Assembly: GCA_965220745.1 (NCBI GenBank)
Contig: CBDCQT010000013.1
Span: forward strand, 704,001 to 768,000
DNA: 64,000 bases
Origin: Alphaproteobacteria bacterium
GTDB lineage: Bacteria > Pseudomonadota > Alphaproteobacteria > UBA828
Direction of reading: 5' to 3'
Part shown: in pieces, positions 1 to 9,391 of the stretch
How positions within the stretch are numbered: the stretch's first letter is position 1
Layout: every line of letters begins with the position of its first letter
Notes under the pieces: generated by a model
What the model saw: the letters and a program-made list of their open reading frames with translations, nothing else
What the model was told of the DNA's origin: nothing
The model's database searches: none
Position numbers and translations under genes: made by a program

Positions 1-830
1 CGGGCAATAACGAGCCGGGCTGTGCCGGCAGGAGGCGCGAACGCGCCGAGGCTGCCGGCGGACAGCGCGGCGGCGGCGACGGTGTCCGGCATCGCGGTGA
101 CCAGCGACAGCACGGTCTCGATGCCCTCGCCGACCAGCAGCGTGCCGGCCGCCGGGTTGCCGAAGCGCACGGCGAGGCCGTGGACACGGCCGAGCGCCTT
201 GCGCGGCCGCGCCACGGGCGCTTTGGCCGGGCGCACCGGATCGAGCCAGGTGCGGTGGACGCCGGTAATGGAGCGGTGACCGGGGTGTTCCCCCGGAACA
301 GGGTGTTCCCCTGCGTCGCCGGTGACGGCGGCGACCAGCGCCGGCAGGCGGCGTATGCCGCCGCCGTCGCGGTAGAAGAGCGAGGGGTGGAAGCGGAGCG
401 CGGGGAAGCGGCAGCGGTGGATGTGCCGGGCGCGGAGATAGGCCTCGGCATGGGTGCCGTCGATGGCGCGGCAGCGCTGCCACAGGCGGCGCGCCGCTTC
501 CGTGCGGTCGTATGAGTCGGGGCCGCCGGCGACGGCCGCGGGCGGCAGCGCGAGGAAGGCGCGCGCCTCGGTGAGGGCGGCGCGGAGCGAGCCCGCGCCG
601 GAGGCGATGCGGATGAGATCGAGCAGGTCGCCGTGCTCGCCGGTGGCCGCATCCGTCCACTTGCCGGGGACGCCGGGCGGCGAGAGGCGGACGAAGAGCG
701 AGCGCCCGCGGGCGCCGCGAATGTCGCCGGCGGTCCAGTAGCGGCCGTGCTTGCGGCCGTGGGGAAGGTAGCGGCGGCAGACCTCCTCCGCGCGCGCGCC
801 GAGGGCGGCGGCGACGGCGGTGGCGTTCAT
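1..830 (-). CDS. Toprim-domain primase-like protein (outer element; runs off the window edge)
   Basis: Manual translation from ATG at 830: MNATAVAAALGARAEEVCRRYLPHGRKHGRYW...VGEGIETVLSL. Clear paralog of 10903..11883. Missing from the ORF track because it has no stop in the window. Confidence 0.85.
   Translation of the reverse strand, partial: MNATAVAAALGARAEEVCRRYLPHGRKHGRYWTAGDIRGARGRSLFVRLSPPGVPGKWTDAATGEHGDLLDLIRIASGAGSLRAALTEARAFLALPPAAVAGGPDSYDRTEAARRLWQRCRAIDGTHAEAYLRARHIHRCRFPALRFHPSLFYRDGGGIRRLPALVAAVTGDAGEHPVPGEHPGHRSITGVHRTWLDPVRPAKAPVARPRKALGRVHGLAVRFGNPAAGTLLVGEGIETVLSLVTAMPDTVAAAALSAGSLGAFAPPAGTARLVIA
277..312. repeat. Two tandem 18-bp units inserted in frame in the primase gene
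   Basis: TGACCGGGGTGTTCCCCC + GGAACAGGGTGTTCCCCT; they encode GEHPVP-GEHPGH, which is absent from the paralog (VTGSDEAVCGV). Confidence 0.8.
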
Positions 831-1354
831 GGCGCGCCTCCGGCGCGCCTGACGGCACCGGCGCGACCGGGACGACGGACAGGATCGGAGAGCATGGGAG
901 CACCTCGCTCGCGGCTGCCGGGGGAACGCCCGGTCCCGGCCCCTCTCCGACTCCTGCCGGCGCCGGGACGGCGGGCGATGCGCGAAGCGCGAGCCTTGCC
1001 GTCCGGCCGGGAGCGGCTCTGAACGGGCTGCAAAAAGGGGGCCACGCCGAAACGTGGCCCCGAGGGAGAGGGAGAGGCGAATGGAGGCTAGGACTTGCGG
1101 ATTGTGCGACTGACGAAGGCCCTGCCCGGACGGAAGCCCTTCATCGCGTCAACCGGCCCGTGGGCACGGCGGACGATCTTGAGGGAATCGCCAACCCTGG
1201 TCCATGTGGCGTAGGTCGTCTTCATGGTTCGTGCTCCTCTGCGGGTGACGGGAGTGAGGGGCGACCTCGCCTCGATCTCCCCTGGGATCACGCGTGAAGC
1301 GCACCCCTCTGACTCTTTGTCGGGACGGCGAGGCCTAGGGAAGGAGCGAAAAAA

Positions 1355-1391
1355 TGGCCGGTCCCGCGCGGGAGGAACGCGGAACCGGCCA
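1355..1391 (-). promoter_or_regulatory. Hairpin downstream of outer ssb, conserved in the inner element
   Basis: TGGCCGGTCCCGCG/CGCGGAACCGGCCA near-perfect stem; homologous hairpin at 10657..10695. Confidence 0.55.
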
Positions 1392-1467
1392 GGGTCAGCG
1401 GGAGGGAGGGACCCGCCGAAACGATGTTGGGAGGGGAAAAGTTACAAAGTCGAAATCGTCTAAAGCG

Positions 1468-1499
1468 AAAGCCCGCAGGGAGTTATCCCTGCGGGCTTT
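1468..1499 (-). terminator. Intrinsic terminator after ssb
   Basis: Perfect 14-bp inverted repeat AAAGCCCGCAGGGA-gtta-TCCCTGCGGGCTTT, about 20 bp past the ssb stop. Confidence 0.75.
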
Positions 1500-1520
1500 A
1501 CAGTTCCGGCAATGGGCCCT

Positions 1521-1816
1521 TTAGAAGGGGATACCGGAGCCGTCGTCCGTGTCGGACGGGGCGGCATCGGCGGTGGCCGTCGCCTCACCGTTGGCGGGCG
1601 GGGCGCCGTTGCCGTTGGTGCCGGCAGGCTTGTCCAGGAACTGGACGCGCCCGCCGGGGACCAGCAGGATCTCGGTGGAGAAGCGGTCCGAGTCCTCGCC
1701 GTCCTTGCGCCAGTTGCGGGTCTGGAGCTTGCCCGAGACGTAGACCAGGCGGCCCTTCTTCGCGTGCTTCTCGAGCATGTCGATCAGCCCGTCCTGGAAG
1801 GTGACGCAGCGGTGCC
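1521..1816 (-). pseudogene. ssb: 3' half of the interrupted single-stranded DNA-binding protein gene
   Basis: HRCVTFQDGLIDMLEKHAKKGRLVYVSGKLQTR...STEI...DDGSGIPF (acidic IPF tail). Joins in frame to 40846..41012. Confidence 0.92.
1810..1816. repeat. Left att core CGGTGCC
   Basis: Identical to 40846..40852; ssb similarity stops exactly here. Confidence 0.85.
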
Positions 1817-2043
1817 TTTCAGTAAGCAGAGGATTCTGCACAGGACACACGCACGCGGAGATACGATCAGGTACGATGAATTGGATGAAAACCGCAGAGT
1901 TCTGCCACTTTTCCGCCATAATGCCGTATCGCACTCCCGACAGGAGCACGCTCCGCTACGCGTCCATTCGACATCAGTCGCTTGCAAGGTGCTTACTGAG
2001 CGCCTACCATGCCCGACCGTCGAAAACTCGCTACACCCGACCC

Positions 2044-3225
2044 ATGCCCAGACGCGCCGAACGCAAACTCTCCAAGCGCACCATCGACGCCCTCGCCGTT
2101 GACGAGCGCGACGCCGTCTTCTGGGACCGCGACCTGCCCGGCTTCGGGGTCAGGGTCTATCCCTCCGGCCGCAAGGTCTACCTCGTGCAGACCAGGGGAC
2201 CGAAAGGCTCGAAGCGGGCAACGCTCGGCCGCCACGGAGACCTCACCCCGGACCAGGCTCGCAAGAAGGCTGCGGACGCCATCGACCGCATCAAGCGCGG
2301 CGAGGACCCGCTCCCGGCTGAGCCCAAGCCCGAGCCCACCGTGGCCGACCTGGCCGCGCACTACATGCGCGCCCATGTTGAGGTGAACTGCCAGCCGGCG
2401 ACCGTGAAGGACTACCGGCGCACCCTCGATCTGCACATCCTGCCCGCGCTCGGGGAGATGGCGCTCGCCTCGGTTGAGCGCAAGCATGCCGCCGACCTCC
2501 ACTACCGGCTTCGCGAGACGCCCACACGAGCGAACGCGGCGCTGAAGATCCTGTCCCACATGTTCGCCCTGGCTCCGGGCTGGGGCTTCGAGACGGGCGG
2601 CAGGAACCCCTGCCGCTTCGTGCGCGGCTATCGGGAGCGCAAGCGCGAGCGCTTCCTGACGCGCGACGAGTACCGCCGGCTGGGCGACGTCCTGGACGAG
2701 GCGGAGAAGGGCCGGATGTCGGTGTACACGGTGACCGCGATCCGCGTGCTGATGCTGACCGGGTGCCGGCGCAACGAGGTCCTTGAGCTGACGTGGGACG
2801 ACGTGGACCGGACCACGGGGGAGCTGCGGATTCGTCACGCCAAGACCGGCCCGCGCCGGGTGCCGCTGACGCCGCTCGTGGCGGAGATCCTTGACGCGCT
2901 CCCCCGCGTGGAGGGCAAGCCCTGGGTGTTTCCGGGCCGGGGCGCCGACGGCCGCCTGGTCAACATCAACGCGCCGTGGCAGGCCCTGTGCGCGCGCGCC
3001 GGGCTCAAGGACGTGCGCATCCATGACCTGCGTCATTCGTACGCCTCGCGCGCGCTGGCGCTGGGCGAGAGCCTGACCACCATCGGCGGTCTGCTCGGTC
3101 ACACGAAGGTGCGGACCACCGCGCGCTATGCGCACCTTGCGCGCGACACGGAGATCGCGGCTTCGGCGAAGATCGGGGCCAGCATCGGCGCCCATGTCCT
3201 GCAGGACGGGACCGAGCCTGCCTGA
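2044..3225 (+). CDS. Tyrosine integrase 1 with N-terminal arm-binding domain
   Basis: WDRDLPGFGVRV arm domain; catalytic TGCRRNE, AKTG, HDLRH, LLGH, TARY. Start placed at ATG 2044. Confidence 0.95.
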   Translation: MPRRAERKLSKRTIDALAVDERDAVFWDRDLPGFGVRVYPSGRKVYLVQTRGPKGSKRATLGRHGDLTPDQARKKAADAIDRIKRGEDPLPAEPKPEPTVADLAAHYMRAHVEVNCQPATVKDYRRTLDLHILPALGEMALASVERKHAADLHYRLRETPTRANAALKILSHMFALAPGWGFETGGRNPCRFVRGYRERKRERFLTRDEYRRLGDVLDEAEKGRMSVYTVTAIRVLMLTGCRRNEVLELTWDDVDRTTGELRIRHAKTGPRRVPLTPLVAEILDALPRVEGKPWVFPGRGADGRLVNINAPWQALCARAGLKDVRIHDLRHSYASRALALGESLTTIGGLLGHTKVRTTARYAHLARDTEIAASAKIGASIGAHVLQDGTEPA

Positions 3226-3252
3226 CGCGGCGTTCGGGGAAGAGGTGCAGCG

Positions 3253-4494
3253 ATGGCGAAGCTGAAGCGGCGGTCGATCTCGCGCCGCACGGTCGACGCG
3301 TTGTCCGTCGACAAGGACACCGTGTTCTGGGACCGGGAGCTGACGGGCTTCGGAGTCCGCGTCTATCCGTCGGGGGCGAAGTACTACATCGTGCAGGTGC
3401 GCGGCCCGGAGGGCTCGAAGCGTCTCACGGTGGGCCGGCACGGCGTTATCACGGCGGACCAGGCGCGGCAGCGGGCGGCGCTGATCATCGCCCGGATCAA
3501 GGCGGGGGAGGACCCGATCCCGGCACCATTGCCGCCATCCCCGGACGGCCCGACGGTCGGCGAGATCGCGGCACGCTACCTTGAGCAGCATGTGGCGGTA
3601 CGCTGCAGGGCGAGCACGGCGAGCATGTACCGGCGCAAGATCGAGCGCTACATCCTGCCGGCCTTCGGCGCGTTGCCGCTTTCTGCGGTGACGCGCGAGC
3701 AAGTCGCGGCGCTGCACTACGAGCTTCGCGACAGGCCGGTGCTGGCGAACCACGTGGTCGAGGTCCTGTCGCGCCTGTTCACCATGGCCGAGTACTGGGG
3801 CCTTGCGGCCGAGGGCGGCAACCCGTGCCGGTTCGTGAAGCCCCACCGGGTGCGTCGGCGTGAGCGCTTTCTGACGGAGGAGGAGTTCACCCGCCTGGGC
3901 CGGGTTCTCGCCGAGGCGGAGACGGACGGCCCGGCGATGCCGAGCACGGTTGCGGCGATCAGGCTCCTCATGCTTACCGGGTGCCGTCGCAGCGAGATCC
4001 TGGAGCTTCGGTGGGACGACGTGGACCTGGAGCGCCGCGAGCTGAGGTTGCGCCACACCAAGACGGGGCCGCGCACGGTGCCGCTGAACCCTGCTGCGGT
4101 GCAGGTGCTGGCGGGGCTGCGGCGGGTGCCGGACAATCCCTGGGTGCTGCCGGGCCGGCAGCCGGGCCGGCGCATCTCGAGCCTCAACGAGCCCTGGCTG
4201 CGGCTTCGCAAGCGTGCCGGGCTGAAGGACGTGCGGCTTCATGACCTGCGTCACAGCTTTGCGTCGCGCGCGCTGGCGCTTGGGGAATCGCTTCCGATGA
4301 TCGCGCGGCTGCTGGGCCACGCCGAGGTGCAGACGACGGCGCACTATGCCCACCTGAGCCGCGAGGCCCTGAATGCGGCAGCGGCCAGGATCGCGGACAG
4401 CATCGGCGAAGACATCCTGCGCGGCAGCGCCGGCCTTCGCGCCGCTGAGAGGCGGGGCCGAGACGGACGCGGAACGGCAGGGGCAAGAGGGTAG
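3253..4494 (+). CDS. Tyrosine integrase 2 (paralog of integrase 1)
   Basis: WDRELTGFGVRV, TGCRRSE, TKTG, HDLRH, LLGH, TAHY. Confidence 0.95.
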   Translation: MAKLKRRSISRRTVDALSVDKDTVFWDRELTGFGVRVYPSGAKYYIVQVRGPEGSKRLTVGRHGVITADQARQRAALIIARIKAGEDPIPAPLPPSPDGPTVGEIAARYLEQHVAVRCRASTASMYRRKIERYILPAFGALPLSAVTREQVAALHYELRDRPVLANHVVEVLSRLFTMAEYWGLAAEGGNPCRFVKPHRVRRRERFLTEEEFTRLGRVLAEAETDGPAMPSTVAAIRLLMLTGCRRSEILELRWDDVDLERRELRLRHTKTGPRTVPLNPAAVQVLAGLRRVPDNPWVLPGRQPGRRISSLNEPWLRLRKRAGLKDVRLHDLRHSFASRALALGESLPMIARLLGHAEVQTTAHYAHLSREALNAAAARIADSIGEDILRGSAGLRAAERRGRDGRGTAGARG

Positions 4495-4508
4495 GCCCGG
4501 CTGACCCG

Positions 4509-5180
4509 TCAGTTCGACCCGCAGCAGCGCTCGTAGATCCGCCCCGAGCCGCAGCGACAAGGCGCGCCGCCGACCGCCTCGAAGCCGCCGCGCGCGGCGG
4601 CCATCCCCAGTTCGCCCCCGAATCCTTTGGATAGCGCCCACGCAGCGAGCGCCCGAACGCAGTCCGGGATCAGATCGGACGCGGACCGGCGGATCTCTTC
4701 GACCGCGTCCTCCGCCAGGTCCGAGACACCCTCGCCGATGTCGTTCATCGTCTCGATCATGGCGAGCGAAGCCATGGCCTCCCCATCGCCGCTCGCCCCG
4801 ATCTGCAGCCATGCCTCCGGCCGCAGGCCCTTCGCCTGCCGGAAGCCCCAGACCCAGGGCTCCCACAGCAACTCGCCCGTGCCCGGATAGAAGCCGAGGA
4901 CCACCCTGTATCCCTGTGGATCGCTGGCGAGGTCTTCGGCCACCCGCCGGTAGTGGTCCATGACCGCAAAAGTCGCGTCCACCGACTCTTCGACATCCTC
5001 CGACGCCCTGTCGCCGCCCCATACCAGCGGCAGCCACTCCGCCGGCCCGACCCACTCGGGACAAAGCACGAGCCCGGCGACGAAGCCGTCCAGCTCGACC
5101 ACCGTCATCGCCTCCCGCTCTTCCCCCAGCCGGTCCAGCAGGTCCGTCAGGAACGCGATCTCTTCTCCCGTGTGTCTCAT
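4509..5180 (-). CDS. YecA/UPF0149-family protein with SEC-C motif
   Basis: ELDGFVAGLVLCPEWVGPAEWLPLVWG, EPWVWGF, C-terminal PCRCGSGRIYERCCG. Confidence 0.85.
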   Translation of the reverse strand: MRHTGEEIAFLTDLLDRLGEEREAMTVVELDGFVAGLVLCPEWVGPAEWLPLVWGGDRASEDVEESVDATFAVMDHYRRVAEDLASDPQGYRVVLGFYPGTGELLWEPWVWGFRQAKGLRPEAWLQIGASGDGEAMASLAMIETMNDIGEGVSDLAEDAVEEIRRSASDLIPDCVRALAAWALSKGFGGELGMAAARGGFEAVGGAPCRCGSGRIYERCCGSN

Positions 5181-5269
5181 GGCGTGGGCATATGATGTCT
5201 GCCGCGCGGCGAGGTCAACGGCGGAGGGCAAGCCGGAGCGCCGCCGCCCTGCCGGCCGGGTCGGCCTGC

Positions 5270-5490
5270 ACAGGGACTTGGATGCGCCCCAGGCTGCAAC
5301 GGCTGCGGTTGCACGATTTGAGGCACATCGCCGCCAGCCAGGCCGTCATGTCCGGCGAGAACCTGCCGTTGGTCGGCAAGCTGCTCGGACACTGCAGGCA
5401 CGAGACGATGGCGGGGTATGCCCATCTTGCGGACGCCCACCTTGTCGCCGCGGCTGAACAGGTTGGCTCGGTCATCGCAACGGCTATGGA
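5270..5490 (+). pseudogene. C-terminal remnant of a third tyrosine integrase
   Basis: LRLHDLRHIAASQAVMSGENLPLVGKLLGH...GYAHLAD with no N-terminal part. Confidence 0.8.
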
Positions 5491-5739
5491 GTCCGCCCAG
5501 CCAAGGGGTTGCCGGATCGATCCCGAAGTCCGACAATCGCCCCTGCGACAACCGGCAGAGACCCGATGTCGGGTCACCTGCTGAATAGAACAGCACCGAT
5601 CCGGCGACGGTTTGGCCACCATCGCCTGGCGCGAATAGGCAGGACTTCTTCGCATTCTCTGCGTGGTTGTCGCATGGCCCGGCACCAATCCCGTGCCGGG
5701 ACACGGACACGATGCTGATCAAGGGAGTGAGAAAGGCGC

Positions 5740-7215
5740 ATGACTTACCCGGATAGAAAATTGGGGCGAGCCGCGACGCTGGCCGTCGCTGCCACGTTCG
5801 CCCTGTCAACTCTTGCTGCCTGTGGCGGTGGCGGCGGTGGAGGCGGACCCACATCGATGATGCCTCCCGGCGGCGGTCAAACGATTCCGACACGGGCAGA
5901 TGCCCTGACAAATTCGGTGACGGCGGCCAACGCGGCCGCCAAGATCGCGCGAGCCGCAGCAGCCCAACCCGCGCCGGGCAGCGTCACGCAGTCCTCGAAC
6001 GTGGACAGCAGAAACATTACGATCGATCAGGTGGAAATCACCGCGCGGCACGGGTCCGGCGGCCCCAGCTTCTCCGTTCGTAACGGCACGGCGTGGTCTA
6101 TCGGCACGAGCGACGGCGATCCCCAACGGATCTCCGGCACTCCGTCGCCGTGGCAAGGCGTCGAGTTGGCCAAGCGCATTGGCGACGGCACACTCTACGT
6201 CGATGCCTACACGGATATCGAAGCGCCCGCGACACGGCAAGTCGGCGGTGGCGACGACGGTACGAGAGATGTTCTGCTCGGGACGATGATCCTGAGCTCC
6301 GGAACCACGATATCCGCCGGCGGCGGAATCTCCGGGCAGCGAGGAACCCTGGACGGCGACCCGGGAACTTTCAACTGCAGCGGGGGATGCACAGTATCGA
6401 ATGGAACCGCGACGAGAGGAATGTGGACGTTTACGCCGGATCGTCCGCCCGGAGCCGTCGATGTTTCGAGTTCCGACACGGTGGCGTGGTCCGGATCGTT
6501 TAACAGCAGTCGTCTTCCGGGAACCCGCAACGGCCAGCAGGGATGGTTCCGCTGCGTTTCGCTGTCGTGTGGCCACAGCACATCGACCGTCAATGGTCAA
6601 ACCCGAAGGATGCTCACAGGGAGTTGGATTTTCGTATCCTCGACGGCGACGACGGTCACGACGCCGGATGCCGACTATCTCGCGGGCGGCGTATGGCTGA
6701 TTGTCCCCGACGATGCGGCCAGCGCTGCCAACTATGAGTTCGGTGCATTCGCCGATGGCAACGATCCGTTCTTGCAGAGCAGGCTTGCCGCCGTCAGGGG
6801 CAGGGCAACCTACACAGGCGACGCGACCGGCGTGTACTCGGCGAAGGAAGCTGGAGAGACTGCCGTCGGGTACCTGGAGGCGGATGTCCGATTGACCGCA
6901 AACTTCGGCGGCGCGACCGACCTCGGCACGATCAGCGGGTCGATGACCAATTTTGTTGTCGATGACTATCCCGAGGAAGGCACATTGATCTTGGGGGCGG
7001 CCCGCATCGGCGCACGGAACGCGGGATTCTTCCAGGGCTCGGTTTCCGACGACGGCGCCAGCGATTCGTATCGTTTCACTGGACACTGGGGCGGCCAGTT
7101 TTTCGGCAACGGGGAGTCGGACGGCAAACCGGGTTCGGTCGCCGGAACGTTTGGCGCGCATTCCACAGACAATGTCGTCAGCTTCGTCGGCGCGTTCGGC
7201 GCTCACAAGCAGTAG
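5740..7215 (+). CDS. Surface lipoprotein with TbpB-like C-terminal beta-barrel
   Basis: Lipobox LAAC plus poly-Gly linker; ATYTGDATG, WGGQFFG, VAGTFGA, VGAFGA strands; two internal Cys-pair modules. Confidence 0.7.
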   Translation: MTYPDRKLGRAATLAVAATFALSTLAACGGGGGGGGPTSMMPPGGGQTIPTRADALTNSVTAANAAAKIARAAAAQPAPGSVTQSSNVDSRNITIDQVEITARHGSGGPSFSVRNGTAWSIGTSDGDPQRISGTPSPWQGVELAKRIGDGTLYVDAYTDIEAPATRQVGGGDDGTRDVLLGTMILSSGTTISAGGGISGQRGTLDGDPGTFNCSGGCTVSNGTATRGMWTFTPDRPPGAVDVSSSDTVAWSGSFNSSRLPGTRNGQQGWFRCVSLSCGHSTSTVNGQTRRMLTGSWIFVSSTATTVTTPDADYLAGGVWLIVPDDAASAANYEFGAFADGNDPFLQSRLAAVRGRATYTGDATGVYSAKEAGETAVGYLEADVRLTANFGGATDLGTISGSMTNFVVDDYPEEGTLILGAARIGARNAGFFQGSVSDDGASDSYRFTGHWGGQFFGNGESDGKPGSVAGTFGAHSTDNVVSFVGAFGAHKQ

Positions 7216-7486
7216 GTCGTTTACCAACCCGCTTCGAAAGCGGCAGAAGGGCAGTCCTGTGGCTGCCCTTCTCGTTTGTCAGCGATACCCGCATTGATGT
7301 GTCATCTCGCGCTTCCTGTACTACCGCCCGGAAGCCGCGCGGCGAAGCAGAGACTGTCTTCACAAGTGCGCGGTGGGCGCTGCCGCTCAAGCGTCGCTCG
7401 GGCTAAGTGCCTGTACAACGGGCTTTCGTCGCCTGACGGATTGAGCGGGCAGCGCGATGGGGACGCCCTGCGGCGTCCAAATCTCA

Positions 7487-7633
7487 CTGCGGATCGCAGG
7501 TCAGAACCTCGGCCACCCGCCGGTAATGGTTCACGGCCGCAAGCGTCGTGTCCCGACTCTTCGACATCCTCCGACGCCCTGGCGCCGCCCCACACCGGCG
7601 GCAGCCGCTCCGACGGCCCGATCTACTCGGGAC
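7487..7633 (-). pseudogene. Degenerate copy of an internal yecA-like segment (4914..5062)
   Basis: Alignable direct repeat sharing CGACTCTTCGACATCCTCCGACGCCCTG. Confidence 0.8.
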
Positions 7634-7828
7634 GGTCCCCCGCCCCGGTCGTCCCGGGCACTAGGAATCGGCGGCGTCAGTCGAACCGCGCGCCGCCGTC
7701 ACGCCGCTTTCCGTCGTTGACGCCCGTGCGCCGCCATGAGCGAGAGGCTGGCCGTGACGCGGGCGGCGGGGGCGGCGCTGCGGAGCGGGTCCCCGCCGTC
7801 GACAACCACCACCGGGGGAGACGGCAAG

Positions 7829-8152
7829 ATGCGAACCGGCCGGATGTTCCATCGCGACGCGCAGACGTTCCTGGTCCACCTGTTCGGAAGAGGCCTCGAC
7901 GACGAGCGCTACGTGGTCGAGAAGTACCGCTCGCATCCCAACGGACAGATCGAGCCCATCCAGGCGAAGCAGCCCACGACGAAGGGCCGGCGCAGGCAAC
8001 GGCGCACGATCGCGAGCCTGGCCGCCGTCAAGCGGATGCGGCCTGGGCGAGATGAGATCATCGTCTGCACGGCGCTCAACCAGAAAGGATCCGGCGTCCA
8101 GCTCTGGGGCCTCGCGGCCAGCGGTCTCCGCGCCGCCCGCCAGTTGCGCTGA
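7829..8152 (+). CDS. Hypothetical basic protein
   Basis: GGAG Shine-Dalgarno before ATG 7829; typical codon usage; abuts the next ORF. Confidence 0.55.
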   Translation: MRTGRMFHRDAQTFLVHLFGRGLDDERYVVEKYRSHPNGQIEPIQAKQPTTKGRRRQRRTIASLAAVKRMRPGRDEIIVCTALNQKGSGVQLWGLAASGLRAARQLR

Positions 8153-8155
8153 TCG

Positions 8156-8977
8156 GTGACCCCGGTCATGCCGCCGGAAATGACCGCCGAGGAGGGGGCG
8201 TGCGGCCGCAGCCGCCAGCAGCGGCTCCGTGCCGCGCGCACCGCGAACGGCCGTTGCCCGCGCTGTGGCAAGGCCGCGCCGGAGCCCGGCCTCAAGCTGT
8301 GCCGTCGCTGTGGCGAGAAGCGCCGCGCCGCCGAGCGTGCCCGCCGCGAGAAGGCGCGGGCCAAAGGTCTCCCCTACGCCGGCCGCGATCCGGAGCGCTG
8401 CCGCCGCGCCGCTCGCGCCGGGGACAGGCAGCGGAGGAAAGCGTGGCGCGACGCGGGACTTTGCACATCCTGCGGGCGCGGGAGGCCCGCCGACCGCCGC
8501 TCCGTCTGCGAGCCATGCGCCGACGCAGCCCGCGCCGCTGCCCGCGCCCGCTACGCCGCGCGCAGAGCGGCCCGTATCTGTGTGCGCTGCAAGCAGACCA
8601 CGGTTGGCGGTTCGTCCAGATGCGGCCGGTGCTCGGCGCTGGAGGCGGAACGCGCGTCTCCCGTACGCCGCAGCTCCGCGCGCAAGAAGCGATACGTCAG
8701 AAGGCGTGCCAGGCATCTTTGCGTTGATTGCGGGGTCGATACGGCGGGTTCAGCGCGCTGTCCGCGCTGCGCGTATCGATCCAATGCACGCGCGCCCATG
8801 CGCCACGACGTGGCGATCTCGCCCTTCTACACCGTGATCGAAATTGCCAGCGGCGCCGATCACGGCACCTACGAAAGCGAGAGCGAGGTGGCGGCCTGCC
8901 TCGTCTTCGCCGGGCTGCGGCCCGACCAGGTGGAAGTGCGGACCAACGTGCCCCTCCTCGCGATTTGCGCGCAGTGA
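8156..8977 (+). CDS. Arg-rich protein with eight CxxC motifs (multi zinc-finger-like)
   Basis: CPRC, CRRC, CTSC, CEPC, CVRC, CGRC, CVDC, CPRC, arranged as four pairs. Confidence 0.7.
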   Translation: MTPVMPPEMTAEEGACGRSRQQRLRAARTANGRCPRCGKAAPEPGLKLCRRCGEKRRAAERARREKARAKGLPYAGRDPERCRRAARAGDRQRRKAWRDAGLCTSCGRGRPADRRSVCEPCADAARAAARARYAARRAARICVRCKQTTVGGSSRCGRCSALEAERASPVRRSSARKKRYVRRRARHLCVDCGVDTAGSARCPRCAYRSNARAPMRHDVAISPFYTVIEIASGADHGTYESESEVAACLVFAGLRPDQVEVRTNVPLLAICAQ

Positions 8978-9142
8978 CCGTCCACACACCGCCAGGCACG
9001 CACCGGCGGGTCCGCCGTGACCTTCCGCAATCTGCGTCCGTCAGGGACGTGCCGGCGGTCAAGGCGCTCTTGCGGACAAATCGCCTTGACGCAGGTCGTG
9101 ACGATCCATGAATGTACTATCTACTAGCGTGAGGGAAGAGCC

Positions 9143-9391
9143 ATGCGCACCGTCTCCCTGATGACCGCCAACCAGGAGTTCTCGAAGCTCGTCCGCGAAG
9201 TCGAGCGCGGCGAGGGCTTCCTGATCACCCGCCGCGGGCGGCCCGTTGCCAAGCTCGTACCCCACAGCGCCGACAAGGACGCCGATCCCGAGTGGGCGGC
9301 GGCCCACCGGCGCATGATGGCGCGGCTGAAAGAGGGAGCGTCGCTCGGCGGCCTCAGGATCGAACGGGCCGCGCTTTATGACCGTGGTTAA
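9143..9391 (+). CDS. Phd/YefM-family antitoxin
   Basis: ANQEFSKLVREVERGEGFLITRRGRPVAKLVP; overlaps the toxin start. Confidence 0.9.
   Translation: MRTVSLMTANQEFSKLVREVERGEGFLITRRGRPVAKLVPHSADKDADPEWAAAHRRMMARLKEGASLGGLRIERAALYDRG

Noticed and set aside
277-312. GTGTTCCCC resembles the start of type I-E CRISPR repeats
   Set aside because: Units are 18 bp, adjacent without spacers, inside genes, and no cas genes are present.
1817-1949. N-terminal part of ORF 1521..1949 as a real SSB N-terminus
   Set aside because: It is chance read-through into the inserted element; the true 5' half is at 40846..41012.
1777-2043. Long N-terminal extension of integrase 1
   Set aside because: Crosses the att junction; the paralog alignment supports a start at 2044.
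1993-5064. 1023-aa minus-strand ORF and other long antisense ORFs (19343..21865, 27875..30601, 31407..33953, 54134..57058)
   Set aside because: Shadow frames of real genes in high-GC DNA, with no recognisable motifs.
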